A DNA stretch of 64,000 nt from positions 1,612,001 through 1,676,000 of the forward strand of contig CM039003.1 of assembly GCA_017499595.2 (NCBI GenBank). Reading direction: 5' to 3'. Positions within the stretch are counted from its first letter, which is position 1, and each line of letters starts with the position of its first letter. Positions 39,452-53,088 of the stretch are shown here, in pieces. Source of the DNA: Psilocybe cubensis. Taxonomy: Eukaryota. Position numbers and translations under genes: made by a program. The notes beneath the pieces are model-generated. The model searched no databases and had not been told where the DNA came from. It saw only the letters and a program-made list of their open reading frames with translations.

Positions 39452-42400
39452 TTAAGTGCTCTCCATGACGACGTCCTCTTCTGGCAATGCCGGTGGAGGC
39501 TCTAGAATCTTGTCTTTGTTCCTTCTTTCAATTAAAAACTCCTCGATGCGAGTTTTGAGCTCTGGCACTTTAAGGAGCTTATGAGGACAAAGTGCTAGCC
39601 ATGGACATAATATGGTCTTACCTGGAATGACGTCCTCTATGGACAAAGGAGCACGATTGAATGGGTCCTTTGAATCCGACAAAAGATGTGATTTGATCGT
39701 GGCTCGGTCAAGAATAGTTTTCGAGGAAGGAAGCATAACAGGGTCTTTCATGACAGTAAACATGAGTGGGTCTAAGAAAAAAGGCATCAAAAAGCATCAT
39801 ATTGGAAAGAACAAAAAAGACATACCCAGGAACTCATCTGGAACCTCACCAAGGTCCTCTTCAGCCTCCAATGTAGCCTTTGCCTCTTCGACGCGGTTCA
39901 CAAACGCCCTCAGCGCATCAATCTCAGTCTGACTCTTGATTGACCGCTTGATCGCAATTGCAGCAGCCCTATCGAACAATTCCTTCGAATAACTTCGTCC
40001 ATCGCCCGCCACAGACAGTACGAATTGCTGTTGGTCACTCAAGTTCAGGAAGATTTGGAGTATTTCGCCGAGCAATGCTCGAGGATCGAACTTGAGTTTC
40101 TTAGCATCTCGAACGATGAGGTCTTGGCATCGCGGACCTGCCAAAGCTTGTAGGTTATAATTCAACATGGCTGCAAGACGATCAACGATTTCGGGCATCA
40201 TAAAGGGCGCCTTTGTTTCAGCCGTGAATATCTTCAGCAGTTCAACAGTCGACCGTCCGAGAGTTGTATATCCCGATGCATGCCTCTCGAGCGAACGCAG
40301 AGTGCCCTCTCGCTCTCGGCGGTATTCTAAAGGTTTGGATTCCCAGGTAGCCTTGTCATCCATCTCAACTTGAATATTGTGAATCTGGGTTAGTTCGCTC
40401 AGAGATTCGTCCATGAGATATGTAACGTCGTTAATCATGAGATTGACAAAGCGAACAAATTTGTCGACATTCCTGCCATAGCATCAGCATACTGATAAAT
40501 CTAAGGTGTTCAAGAAAGCGTACTTTGCCTCGATATTGAGCGCCTCACGATGCGTGGGGTTGTTCCAGACCACCTTTAGGATATGGGAAATATTTCGTCT
40601 TGCATCTGAGAATGCCATTCAGTTCGGTTGTGACCATAAGACATAGTAAGATTGAAACATACTGAATTTATCATAGAATTGGGAGCTGGCGCCAGTCTGT
40701 TCGACCTCTGTTGAAATTTTTGTGTTACCTCCTGTCAAAAAGCTATAAAAGCAATAGCAACCGACCGATATAGAAGTGCATCAACGCGGGCATGAGGTGC
40801 TTCAAAGCCAATGGATGTGAATTGAGCATATTCCCCAGGATTCCATTCCGCTCGCGGCCATATCCCCAAATGCTCATGAAAAGAACCTAACATGAAAAAA
40901 GTTATATAAATACTACAGCTGTGCGGAGATATATGACAACATACATCGTTGATTTTGGATTTGAGGAATGGGTTTTTGATGTACCAAGTTGAAGTCAAGA
41001 AAGTCAACACAAATGTCATCAATTCAATTTTGCCCGCCATCTCAAATTTATCTGGGGATGTTCTGGATGATGATGATAAATAAGGACTCATCAATGTGAA
41101 AAAATAAATGCTCACTGTACAGCGAAATACAAATAGTCCACAATGTCCTCCACAATATACTCAGGGAGCGCGCGGAATGACATGGGCACTTCCTTAGGCA
41201 AAGGCAGCCTATACATGAGAAAAAATGAGCTAAAAAAATCTCGTAATAGTTGGAGAGTATTACACATACTCAACAGGAGGATTGGGGTGCGTTTTCTTCG
41301 GGTCTGCCTGGCGGATAAGCCAAGTCGCCAGGAAATTTGTGAATCCAATAGATCGGAAGACCAAGTCCTGCTCCATCAACCCTGCCTCAAAAGTGAACTG
41401 CTGAATCCGGACTTTATTCTGCTCCTTCTTTATCATAGCAATAAGTGCTTCTGTTCGAGGTCGCATAGGAGACTGGATAATTTTGAGTTCATCGTTTCAG
41501 ATCATAACATTGGCAACGCACCGTCATCCACGACCCGTCGCCTTGGACCATATCCAATTGCCGCTGGAGCTCGTCTGAGCTCTTCGACAGGTCGTTGAAA
41601 GTCTGTATAGTGCGCAGGTAACCATAATGACTCATCGCCACAGTGAGGTAAAAGATATTCGAGATAAAGTTTGGAGGGGGCGCTACAGCCAATTTTATTT
41701 TATGAAAAAGGACTAGTGGATTTGAATAAAGCATACCTAGAGAATTCTTGTTTTCTTCTTCCCACTTGTGAGCTTCTTCACTCGTTGCCTTGATGCGGGT
41801 CTCGTCACTGAGGTCAATTCGGTTTGAATGAACGTAATAAAGTGGGTCAATACGGTCCATCTGCAAGTCATTAGATTCGAATTTTTCTATTGCCACTCAA
41901 TTTTTTGACTCTAACCTTGGTGTAATTCGCATCCATAAATGGTTCCGCAAAATTCAACAAAACACTCTGCATATTCAGCATAAAGCTGTCCGACGCTACT
42001 GTTGTGGGGTCTACCTGCAAAGAAGCATGTAGGTGTGAGAGATGCCAAGTTTACTGAGTATTAAAACGGGAGTGTACCTGCATACCAGCGCGTTTGACAT
42101 TTAATGATATAACACGCGCAAAGTAGCCCAAAACGGCTTCTCTCGTCTCACCAGACGCTCTGACTAAGGCATTGAATATCTGGAAGAGAGAAGACTAAAA
42201 CAGAACGTGTTTACAAATTCGAACATAGAAAGAGAAGCAGTCTTTTATACCTGTAAACTTTTCAAAGTCGCCCTGAGACTCGAATAAGAAGATTCCACGT
42301 CCTCCCTTGTGCGCTGTAATGGTTCAGAGAAATAGGATTGACCAATCGCTGGCTACACCTTTTGTGTCAAAAACCTGGAGAAATTTCACAAAGGCGAGAA

Positions 42401-43905
42401 AGCGCACCCATTCAGTCCAAAACACGCCAAGGCGGCACAATGGACCCAGAAGCGAAACCCTCTCAAAAGTCGCAGCGGTAGCGTTAGGCGGGTTCCACTC
42501 CTCCATGCGCGTGATCATACCCGCAATGCTCTTGATTGACACCAACACCTCCAACCCACTGATAACGCCACGCCAGCTCGAGTCGCCGCCACCGAGGCCT
42601 TCAGGACGGAAGAGCGACTCGTGGAAAAGGAGGCCACGGACAACAGGAGCGAGAATGTCGTCTATTTCATTATCTGGTTCAAAGCGACGTGCGAAGTCTT
42701 GCAGGAATTGGTCGATGTCGGAGGGAGAAAGCGAGTAGGGGTTTTCTGACGCGTTGGAGAGCAAAGGTGCGGAAAGGGCAGAGAGTGAGAGGAGAGGTTT
42801 GATCAGTTCAGCAGGCCCAAGTTCTCGACTAAGATTAGGTAGGCTTAGATTGCGATTTGCATTTAACATGATCATACGCACCCTGTAGGCTGAGGAAACA
42901 TCTCGGGATCCTGTAAAATATATCCTGAATAGCTAATGACTAGTTGCCTGACTTTCTCCAGCTGGTCAAGAGCTTTGAGACTGTCTGCGGGAGCGTATCC
43001 CTACATATCCGCGAAGTCAGAATATCGTAGTTTTGAAGTGGTCAAGGAAACAAACAGTTTTCATCACGGTAGATCTGGCTGCATTTAGCCTCTTCCAACA
43101 GCCAACCAAATATTCAAATACCGTTTGCTGAGGAGGCAAAGATACAAGGACAGGAAGGTATTCTAGATCATCTCTGCGGAGGATATCAGCAAACTGTGGA
43201 AATGAACAGAAAAAAAGTAAAACGGACGTCATAGTTTGTGGATTAAGTTCTAGTCGCGCAATTAGAAGGCGATCTAATAGGTCGATGGAAAGTTTGTCAA
43301 CGGCTGAGTCATGAGAGTCAGTACACCAAACCCGCAGACTTGAAGCAATAGCAAGGCGCACGAGTTTCCTCTGCTGCCAACTCCGAAGCCAGATGTTTCA
43401 GCCATACGATATCGTAACCACTCTTATCTGCAACCTCTTTCTACATGAAAGCAAACATAGTCACGATCAGAATTCGTAGTGCAGGACTCGGCGCTTAAAG
43501 AGACGTACGCTCAAAGTGACTTTGAGAACATTCTGTAGTGTGATATGCTCCCAAGCAGGTAAATCAAATTTCGGGACCTGTGGTTTCTTCTTCGCCAGAC
43601 CTGACGCAGGCCGTGGGGCGGGGGGAGGTGACGCCGTAGTGGCAGCCGGAGAGGGACGAGGGATCGGCTTGGGTTTAACAGCAGCAGGGGGCGGGGTCGG
43701 GGTAGATGGCGCAGGTGTAGTCGTTCCAGAGGACCCCGACGGCGAGACAGCTGGTCTCTGCAGCTTCTCTAGCCTCTTCAAACGGATCTGTTAAATAAAG
43801 ACATATAGGATGAGGTCCCGGTCTAGGATGCGTATATATGTCCCCACAAAGGGATATACCTACGCGATCGGCATCATCCTGGGGAGTAGGGCCGTTATCG
43901 CTCAT
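39452..43905 (-). CDS. UFD2: U-box ubiquitin chain-elongation factor E4
   Basis: [47 protein letters not shown]-terminal U-box [23 protein letters not shown]...DPFNRAPL. Confidence 0.96.
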
Positions 43906-44122
43906 CGTGAATGAGTGTAGAAGAAAAGAAAAGGACGTAAGAGTTATATAGCGATGATGTGCTGAGCGGGTTGTGTGCTGAGCCGGGGTAAAGCAGATCT
44001 CAGCGCCGAGTTGTATTACAAGTACAACTTGCGCTCGCGGAGCCCGCACTCATAATTGGCCTCACGTGCCATCACTCCGTCAGACGGCGGGCGACTCGAC
44101 CTGACCCTCTCTCCAAGTCTCC

Positions 44123-44505
44123 ATGTTCTCCTTCGGCCGCCAGCTGCTGTGGTCAGCCAAATCATGTCTTCGCGCGCAACAGCAGCCATGGCAGTCCGCC
44201 GCCTCTCGTCTCTTTTCCACCACCCAACCTGTTGAAGGAGCGTTGTACAAAATGAAGACCCATTCCGGCGCAAAAAAGCGATGGCGCTCGTTGGGGTCGG
44301 GAAGTTCCTTCAAACGCGTATGTCGACTCATATACACGTAGGAATTTCTTCTAACATGTCATTCATTTAGGGCAAAGCTGGACACCAGCATTTGAACGTA
44401 TCAAAACCACCCGGGCGTAAGAACCGGCTCAGCACAACCGCGTACTCGAACTCTGCTCAAACGCACAAGCTCAAGAAGCTGCTCCTACCATATGGCTCCG
44501 GATAG
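44123..44505 (+). CDS. bL35m: Mitochondrial ribosomal protein bL35 family (2 exons)
   Basis: Presequence-like N-terminus (RLFSTT) followed by KMKTHSGAKKRW...FKR|GKAGHQHLN, the L35 signature. Confidence 0.88.
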
Positions 44506-44833
44506 ACTTGACATAAAATCTGCTATGTAGATTATATCTTAGTGAGTTCTCTTGTGTGGCTTGTTCCAACTTAATCTGGGCTAATGTACCTCTAGATGAA
44601 ATAGGAAAAACACTGCATAAAACGTTTTCTGCTGCTCTTTTCACGTCCCGGTTTTCAATCTTTCAATCTGCTATGAAGATGAAAATATGACGAATGCTTT
44701 ACAAAGGCTGTTAAATTAGGGAATACACGACCGTTGGGTATAGTACAAAGTGCTGTGAGTAATGAAGGGCAATGCAACAACTAAAAAGCAAGTATCGAAT
44801 AGCAGAGACTGTCTGGTTCTGTTCCGCGAGAAT

Positions 44834-45970
44834 TCAGTACGGTTTTGGCCTGGGTATCACATTGGATACAGCAGGTGCCGACTTTTGTTTTCCTCCTAGA
44901 AAACTGCGAATGTCTTTCTGTGCAGGATCATGCGTGGAGCTTCCTATTCCTCCCTTCTGCCGATGGAGATTGGATAAATGCCCGTGTCGGTTTACGCCAT
45001 TGAGCCTAACGGCAAAGTACGTTTGTATGTCCGAAGACTGGCTGGCATGGTCACTTTCCGGCTGAAAACACCAGTCAGTCGACACTCTAGAAAATAGGAG
45101 CGCTGGACGGACCTTTAGAGAAACCTCCAACCTTGTCCAACCTGTGTTCCGCATACCTCTGAGGTCCCGAATGTCAATATTACCTTGATACTCTACATCC
45201 CGGCGGGTGATGGCAGCCACCAACTCTCCAATGAACAAACCGTGACTGAAGACTGCCACTGTTCTAGGCTTTCCTTCTGCCCCTTCTTTTAGCAACTCGA
45301 GGCGCATGACACCGTCAATGACAGCCTCTGCTCGCAGCGCCATTTCATCCAGACTTTCTCCTCCAGGGAATTTTTGTTGCCTCGTGTGCAGTGCTGGAAA
45401 CTTTCCCTTTGCGTAATGTGCCACGAGCGACAGACCCTTTTCCTTCTTACCAAATGGACGCCCTTCCCCAGCGCCAAAACTTTGTTCTCTCAGTAAGTCA
45501 AGTTCGACAAATGGAACATCAGTTGCACCACCAGCGGTGGTTTCTTGTTTATCTTTGACGGTCTTCGCGGTGAGCTTGGCGCGCGTAAGGTCTGACGTGT
45601 AGATGGCGTCAAAGTTAATATTCAAACGGCAAAAATCATCAGCGAGCGCTTCTGCTTGCTTTTGAGGCGTAAGTAGGGTGGTCCTTAAACTAAAATATAT
45701 GCACTCACTCTCATCCCTGCGATTATACAATAAGCATTTTGTTGTGATTTTGAGCTTTAATTAGAATAATACCATGGTTTGAAAGTGGAGAATCTTTCCA
45801 ACCAGCCCAAACTTGACGCTATGGTACGTGACGTGAAGTTGCGTTTGCACGAGATCCTAGTTGAACCAACCAACCAAGTTGTCTTTCGACTCTCCATGAC
45901 GAATCTGCGAGATGGAATGAATACGGATATAGAACAGTAGAGACAAGCGTACGAGTATGAAGGTCACCAT
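44834..45970 (-). CDS. Histidine phosphatase / phosphoglycerate-mutase-like protein
   Basis: IRHGES, WAGWKDSPLSNHG, IYTSDLTRA, LREQSFG, GGESL, VFSHG; both catalytic His residues present. Confidence 0.88.
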
Positions 45971-46223
45971 CCCCAGTATGCCAGAGAATGCTAGAAAGGA
46001 GAGGAAGGAGCGAGAAAGCATCGGCCATTTGGCCGAGGACCAATAATGAGACGCGTCAATCACATGACTAAGTCGCTGACTAACGGCGGTGTAAATGATC
46101 GACAGCCACTGCGGCCGTCTTCATTCCTTGGCCTCACTAACTGACAAGGACGCGTCAGCACTACACTCTATACCTTATAAACCACACTCTTTTCTTTCTT
46201 ATCTACTATATCATACCCACACA

Positions 46224-47653
46224 ATGGATTCCTCGTCCTCGAACCAAGTCCAGGAGCGCGACACCCACATTCTCGACATCGGTCAGCAGTGCTCCCACCC
46301 GTCCTGTCTCCTCGTCGACTTCCTTCCCTTCAAATGCCAGCACTGCAAGCTTCCTTTCTGCCAGGAACACTTTAGAGTAGAGCACCACCAGTGTTCCGAG
46401 TATGATGACAGCAAATACATCGCTCCTTCCTGTGAGTAACTTCTCCCGACCAGCTTGTCATTTGCATTGGCGCTCATTAGGCGCTCTCGTAATTGCTAGG
46501 TCCCCTGTGCAATCAGCCTGTGTTCATCGAACAAGGTCGCGATGCGAACATTAGCATGGACCTGCATCTAGAGAATAACTGCTCAGTAGTGACGGGAAGA
46601 GTCAAAGCGAAAACCCTGCCCACCTGTGCTAGAGTCAACTGCCAGAAAGCTCTCATTTCGCCCTTGCAATGTTCCGTGCGTCATCACTCTCTTTTCCATT
46701 TTTACCAATCTAATTTTATTTTTCATTTTTCCAGTCATGCAAGAAAAAGTTCTGCCCTACGCATCGGCACCCAGACGACCATCGCTGCCAGCCCGTCCCA
46801 ACGGCAGCTCCCACCACCAGCAAACCGGTCGCTACATCAAACACACCCAAAGCTCTTGCTAATTTCAACGCTGGTGCCAAGAACTTAAATACCAAGGCCA
46901 CAGCTGCAGGCACAGCCGCGATGGACGCTGTGAAGAAGTCCATCAACACTACCGCCATACCTGCAGCTCGTAATGCTATCAACTCAGCCAAAGCCTCCGC
47001 ATCAGCTTCAAAACCCAAGGCTCCGTTGCCATTTAGCAAGATGGACCGGTACGTTGATATGTCAGAGACGTCAAGTACTCGCTCATCAAGCACTAGTTCT
47101 TTCTCTCCCTTTTCTGATCATCGTGCTGTGTCTCCAAAATCACATATGATTGTCACTGCCACCTCCGCCTCCGCTTCTTCCCTGACGAACACCACCAATG
47201 AAACCACCGTCAACGCCATTACATCTGAATCTGACTGCACGACCGATAATGAAACCGCTATCACAACCACCACTAATTCCAACGAAACTATCAAACCTGC
47301 TCCTATAATCGATCCCATGTCATTCATACCACGATCTATATTCGCATTTGCTTAATTACTTGGCATTGTATTCATATCATCATCACCATCTTCATCATCC
47401 AAATTGTATCCATATCATGTTTTCCATTTGTTGTATCTGATAGTCGCGCGAGAGCTGAGCGGGAGAGCAAGTTGAGGGCAATGCAAGCGCGGGCAAAGAA
47501 AGGAGTGCGTCCATCCATCCCAATACGTATTAATCCTCTGGCTGGCATGCTAAACATACCCGTATTTTCCAGTTGCTGAGTGAGGAAGAGAAAGCTATTC
47601 TTGCTGCGGAGGAAGCCGCCGCGCAGGAAAAGAAAGATTGTGTTATTATGTAG
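46224..47653 (+). CDS. AN1-type zinc-finger protein (Cuz1/AIRAP/ZFAND2-like); the spliced form ends in CaaX (CVIM)
   Basis: IGQQCSHPSCLLVDFLPFKCQHCKLPFCQEHFRVEHHQC, CPLCNQPV..MDLHLENNC, second AN1 CARVNC..C..CKKKFCPTHRHPDDHRC; last exons RRARAERESKLRAMQARAKKG|LLSEEEK...KKDCVIM*. Confidence 0.88.
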
Positions 47654-47925
47654 ACAGTACACCGTCGGTTGGCGACCGGCGACGGGATGCTCACAGTGGA
47701 TTTGCTATATTTATGTCAGTCCATGTACACTTACCCAATATACCAGGACAGGATCTATGGAGTGGCCTTTTAATTTATTGCCGTGTTACCGTTCCCGCGT
47801 GTTCCAATATTACAGAAGGCATTTGAAGAACTTACTTTGCTTAAGACCTTTCAGACCGAGAGTAGAAGCGCGTAGTTGTAGAGAGAAATGAAACAACAAT
47901 ATAGTACAGAAAGCAATTACATGAC

Positions 47926-48975
47926 TCAACGTTTCCTCTTCTTCGCCCCGCGCGTCGAAGGCGCACCCCGCGGTGCGCCTGCACGCCCTCTTCGCCCAGC
48001 TTTTGGTGGTCGTCCACGCGTTGGCTTTGGCGATGCCTCTGCCGCTGATAAACGGAACCAGTGTACAATAAGTCTCGAATGAAAACATCAAATAAAAGGC
48101 CACAATACCAGGTGATGGTTCGCGCATCTCCGTGTCCTCATCTTCCGCATATTCTGTCCCAGCATCCGTGCCAGTGACCACACTCTCCCTCGGCGTCTCC
48201 GGCGCGCCTCCCTCGTCCCCGCTCTCCAGCGTCAGCGCGCTGCTATCGCTGTCTCCACCCACGAGCCCCGCAAGATTCAGTTTGCTCCGCGCGCTCTTTG
48301 TTCCGCGCTTCCGCCCCGCCCCGCGTTTGTTGCCAGACGTTGACGCGGATGCACGTGGACTAGGCGCGGCCGTGGCCGCAGTGGGTATAGACATAGGAGC
48401 CGGGGAGGTCGCGGGGGTCGAGGGTAGAGACGCGGTAGAGCGCAGGCGACGCTGCGCAATAATAGGCTCAAACTCTTCGTACGGCAGCGAGAACTCTTCG
48501 CGGAAGAACGGGTGCGCGGCGAGGTTCTCGGATGGGGATGGTGATCGGATTGAGACAGGTGATGAATTGGATTTGCCCGAGAGGTACCCCTGCGCTTCGA
48601 TGTCCTGTGTTAAAACATAAAAGAGATGGGCGCCAAAGACAGAGGAATGGGAAAGTTTATTTAATATGCGACGTTTTGAACCTCGCTGCGGGTGCAGCGG
48701 TTGTGTGCGAGGGGGATGTGTAGTACAGAAAGACTCACGATAGCATCCAACGCGTCGAGGTCGTAGCACTCGCGCAGCTTCTCCCAGATAGTTTCTACAT
48801 GGACCGAGCGACCTGTTTCCTTGAGAATGGCATTGCGTATGGCGAGAACGTGGAAGTAGCGGTGTATACCGACGGGGCGGGCGCGCATGATGGAACGGAA
48901 GAAGGAAATCTCGCCCTCGACGGAGCTGAGAAATGCATGCTCGTCCGCTCGTTCCCCAGGCATGGCGACTGTCAT
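47926..48975 (-). CDS. EAF7: NuA4 subunit Eaf7/MRGBP
   Basis: EISFFRSIMRARPVGIHRYFH...IWEKLRECYDLDALD, HPFFREEFSLP, low-complexity basic tail with an AT-hook-like TRGRPPK. Confidence 0.88.
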
Positions 48976-50237
48976 TGAATGCGGATATTGCAGCGGGCAG
49001 CTGGGCGGGCGTGAAAGAGATGCAGTGGCGGGCGTGAACGACTTGTGACTTGGCAAAGGGCGTATATGTTTGGCAACAGCCTTGGAAGGCAATAATATTC
49101 TACGCGCACCGTGTCCTGCGCTATCATTTCGGCTACTACCTCGTGCGCAGCCTACTACATCGTGGAAACTACCCCCAGTCCTTTCCTGCATCCGTACGCA
49201 AATGACGGAAATTGGTCAACCACTTATCCTTCATCATTCCCAAATAAACCTCTTGCACGAACAATCTGCAGGCGCTGGGTTTTGGCCAATTATCGTGTCT
49301 ATATTTTGACGCTACAGCTGTGCATACACCCGGTGGCTGTTGGTGCTAAATTTTGATTACATCTGTCTTTCATCCTAGCAGCTTGTAGTTTCTATGGCAC
49401 ATCTTCCTTCCCACTCAACTGGTGACCTTTGTCACGGTCGGCCACTGGCTCCTATTATCCACAGAACCAACTTTCAATATGTACCGTGGCCATCAGTTGC
49501 GCTACACAAAACCTAACACCCGCCGTCTAATCGCCCTTCTATGCACCTGTGATCAATAATCAGAGGAGAAAAGTGGAATGTAATCGCTGGATGTACAACG
49601 TCCTGGCAACGGTTCAGGTGCTTTAAAAAAAGACACAATTTTGATGATGCACAACCCAAAAGCTTGACAGCTTGATGCATCATATCATTGGCACACAGTA
49701 TCCGATTCACCTCCTGGATGGATATGTTGCGTACATCATCGTGCTGGCATACGTTCAATCATCTGTCTGCCATGTCCTGACAACAGACTTGAATCCTGTG
49801 ACGGACCAGAGGCGGTTTCTGTCCAACCCAGGTCCAAAAAATTGTGCTCAACAAACCACCGAGGTTTCGCGAGTAAAAAGCACCTCTTCTCACCCACATT
49901 TTTTCAAATGCACTGAGCCCAATTCCTGGTGTATCGCAGATGGCCGAAGGCTGATTTTTCCAAGGTCTGTGGATACGTGTATGTAATACCGGACTTCTGT
50001 TCTCGAGGTCGTTGGGCAGTGATGAGTCTATTTTTGGACACACTGATGTCTAATTTTAGGCAGTGCAAACCTTGCCTCACCCACTTTCGAATCAAATTTC
50101 CTGGTAAACTGGGCAACGTAGCCTTCGCTAGCGCCCCATTCGCTCGAATCTGATCTCCGAAGTCTCCAGAGCCTCTTTTCGGTCCATTCTTCTCACATAG
50201 AATCCCAAAGGAACGGTATGCAAAAATGCCTCCTTCG

Positions 50238-50245
50238 TATAAAAG
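50238..50245 (+). promoter_or_regulatory. TATA box of secreted-protein gene copy 1
   Basis: TATAAAAG followed by a pyrimidine-rich leader and a 5'-UTR intron (50397-50456); the paralog has the same layout. Confidence 0.55.
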
Positions 50246-50493
50246 CCTGGCAGGATACTCCCATAGTCTTCATTCGTTCTTCTTCTTCCCTTTTCTTAGT
50301 TTTTGTCTTCAGACACCTGGCCAGGTTGCCTGTTTCTTTTTCGCCTTCAAACCAGATCAATCTTTAGTTTTCTACTACCCTCTTTCAAATTTCCAGGTGC
50401 GTTTGCCCGCTCCTTACTTATCACCTCAGCTCTATATTCTGACCTACTCCACTCAGCCCTTTTTTTTGATTTGACATCATCACCTTTATAAAA

Positions 50494-51219
50494 ATGTTCG
50501 CCAAGCTTTTCAAGATCGCCGTCGCCTCTGCCGTCGCTGTTGGTGTTATGGGTACTCCCTTGCCCCAGTCCAACAAGCTTGGTGAGATATCACAGAATTC
50601 GAATTTAGAACGGATAACTTATTTATAATTTACCATAGCTGCCCGCTGGATGTCCTTCGACAACTGGGGAGGATTCTCCTCCATGAACGGATTTGACAAC
50701 TTCTACGGTGCTGAAAACTTCTGCGGCCACATCCAGAGCCAGACCATCATTGAGCAACAGCAGGAAGTTGTCTGCCACAGCCAATCCATCGAGATCATTC
50801 AACAGCGTCTCTTGGTTCTCCAAGAGATGGCCAAGAGGTCAGTCGACTGACTCTTTTGAACCATGAACAACGTATTAACATATACTAGGATCATCTCTGA
50901 GCAGATCTGCGAAGTCGAGACCCAGACCATCGTCTTCGAGCAATTCTACTCCAGCCTTGGCGACTTCAGCGGTGACCTCTCCCGCAAGTCCGGCCGTCAC
51001 GTTGGCTACGACAGCAACATCGTCAGCCACTTCGGCAGCCTCCAGAACTCCGACGGTTCGCTGAGCAGCAACGACCTCGGCTTCAGCGGCTCCGACTGCG
51101 GAAGCAGCACCATCGTCCCCAGCGGCTCTAACTGGAGCGATGAGTCCTCCCCCATCTCCGTTGGCAACGCGTACAACGCTGCCCAGTCGGCCATCACCAG
51201 CTTCCCCTCCTCTTCTTAA
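50494..51219 (+). CDS. Small secreted protein of unknown function, copy 1 (3 coding exons)
   Basis: Signal peptide MFAKLFKIAVASAVAVGVMG; SFDNWGGFSSMNGFDNFYG...VVCHSQSIEIIQQRLLVLQEMAKR|IISEQICEVETQTIVFEQF...GSNW; strong C-ending codon bias. Confidence 0.88.
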
Positions 51220-52853
51220 ATACTTTATATAAGGCCAGGGGAACAGGGGACAGGATAGTAGTGCACGGAACTTCCTGTTCTCAGTTCAGTCGATATACCG
51301 GACGCTTCTTCTACTTGTACTTTGGCGCCATTTTTTATTTAGAAACCTAGGGCGGACTTTATTTCATTTTAACGATATACTGGTAGTAGTAGGAGTTAAT
51401 CATTTTTCTGGTTGTCAATAACATGGCGATTATTTTTCACACTTGGGGAATTGACTGTGGATCCCGTAGAACTGTTAAGCTTTCAGAAGGTAGTACTGAC
51501 TGTGGTCAGTTTTGACCATGCCCATCGAATTGCAGCAGTGGGGGACAACCGTCAACCGTCAACTTGATTCTGATAGGCTGATAAATATACCTTATCTGCA
51601 TGATCTTCATCAGAATCAAAAAATAACATCTCTGTTGGACGATCGCCTTTAACTTATTGGTGTATGGTACTCATGATGCGCAATGATTGATGGTCTGTTA
51701 GTAGCAGGGGCAGCCAGAGACATTTCTCGCCTCCGACCTACCCTTTGTTCACTCGAGACAATTGCGGATCCAAGTGCGTACCAGGTGCTGAACAGAGCCT
51801 AGGTAGTGCTCACTGCTCGTGGTAAGTAACACACCTTCCAGAAAATAAGCGACGTGAAAGCTGTCGGGCCAGAGTAGCTTGCGGTGGCGTGCTATTTTTA
51901 TTACTTTACTGTGGGAATATCTATAAATAACCTTCGGAATGATCGCGGCAAGCGCACAGCAGGATCATTGCCATCGTTTCAACGCAATCCTTTCTTTGAC
52001 TCTTGCAGGTGACACTGATATGGATGCATGTAAAGATCTACAAAGGTACTTATTGAACTGGCCGGTGCCTCATTGCTGCTTTACGGACTGTAAGTACCAA
52101 TAGCTTTAACCTGGTAGTACATCATGTTCAAAGCAGCAGTGGTATCATTCCCCCCGGTAATCAATCGAAGCGCCATTTTTGGTTGTCTAAGGCTACCTGT
52201 ACAGTGGTATCCTACAGCGCACATCGGCCATATACTGTATCGGTACTTTCATTTTGCCTCAGTTAGATGCAGACAGGCAAAGGTGATTCGTCACATCATG
52301 CGCCCTACGCCTCCTGTCGGATTCGAGGGTACATAATGCCATTTGGCAGCGCTGGCACATTAATGCAGACATGACAACTGCTGTGTGTAGTACAAGCCGT
52401 GACACTGCCGCTTGTATTCCCCTCGGTTCACTTGCCCACATCTCCCCGGATAGTCCAATGTTTGATCGAAACAGCGCCATTGAGAGGTATTTTTGGTTCA
52501 CGATCTTCCAGAGCTTACAGCGATTACAACTAATATCTCAGGTATACGAGCAGATAAGCGTTGACCTCCAATGTACCTGCTTTGTTTCTTCGGCATGTAC
52601 ATCTGCATGTGGGTTAGCCTTGTTCACGAATATATGCGTAATTAAACCAGGGGGGTTTACTTTATTCTATGTTCTCTAATAGCTTAACAAAAATAGGCAG
52701 ATCACCTTCAACAACAAATTTACCTTCGACCGCTGGATCATAAGCAGTGTCACTCAATGACCTGTAATCCATCTGGAATTTCAACCTGTTTCATTGTGTC
52801 ACTTTGAAGTATGCGCACCTAGCAACTCGGCGCTGTAAAGTCCCGTCCATCCC

Positions 52854-52860
52854 TATAAAG
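52854..52860 (+). promoter_or_regulatory. TATA box of secreted-protein gene copy 2
   Basis: TATAAAG upstream of a pyrimidine-rich leader and a 5'-UTR intron (52996-53054). Confidence 0.55.
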
Positions 52861-53088
52861 GAGTCAGCAAAATGGCAAACTTTCTCCATCTCATTCACTC
52901 TCATTCCTTCTCTTCTTCGTTCATTTGGCCGGGTGCCTAATTCATTCTTTCGTCTTCGATTTCGAACTTTTACTACTACCACTTTTTAAAAGCAGGTAAT
53001 GTTAACATCCGACCAACCACTCATCGACTACATATGATTCTTATTGTACTGCAGTTTTTTTTAAGGCCACCAACTTCATTCATTAAAA

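Noticed and set aside
48132-48620. Long antisense ORFs over EAF7, UFD2 exon 2, the LysM gene and the secreted pair
   Set aside because: Expected shadows of GC-rich or codon-biased sense exons.
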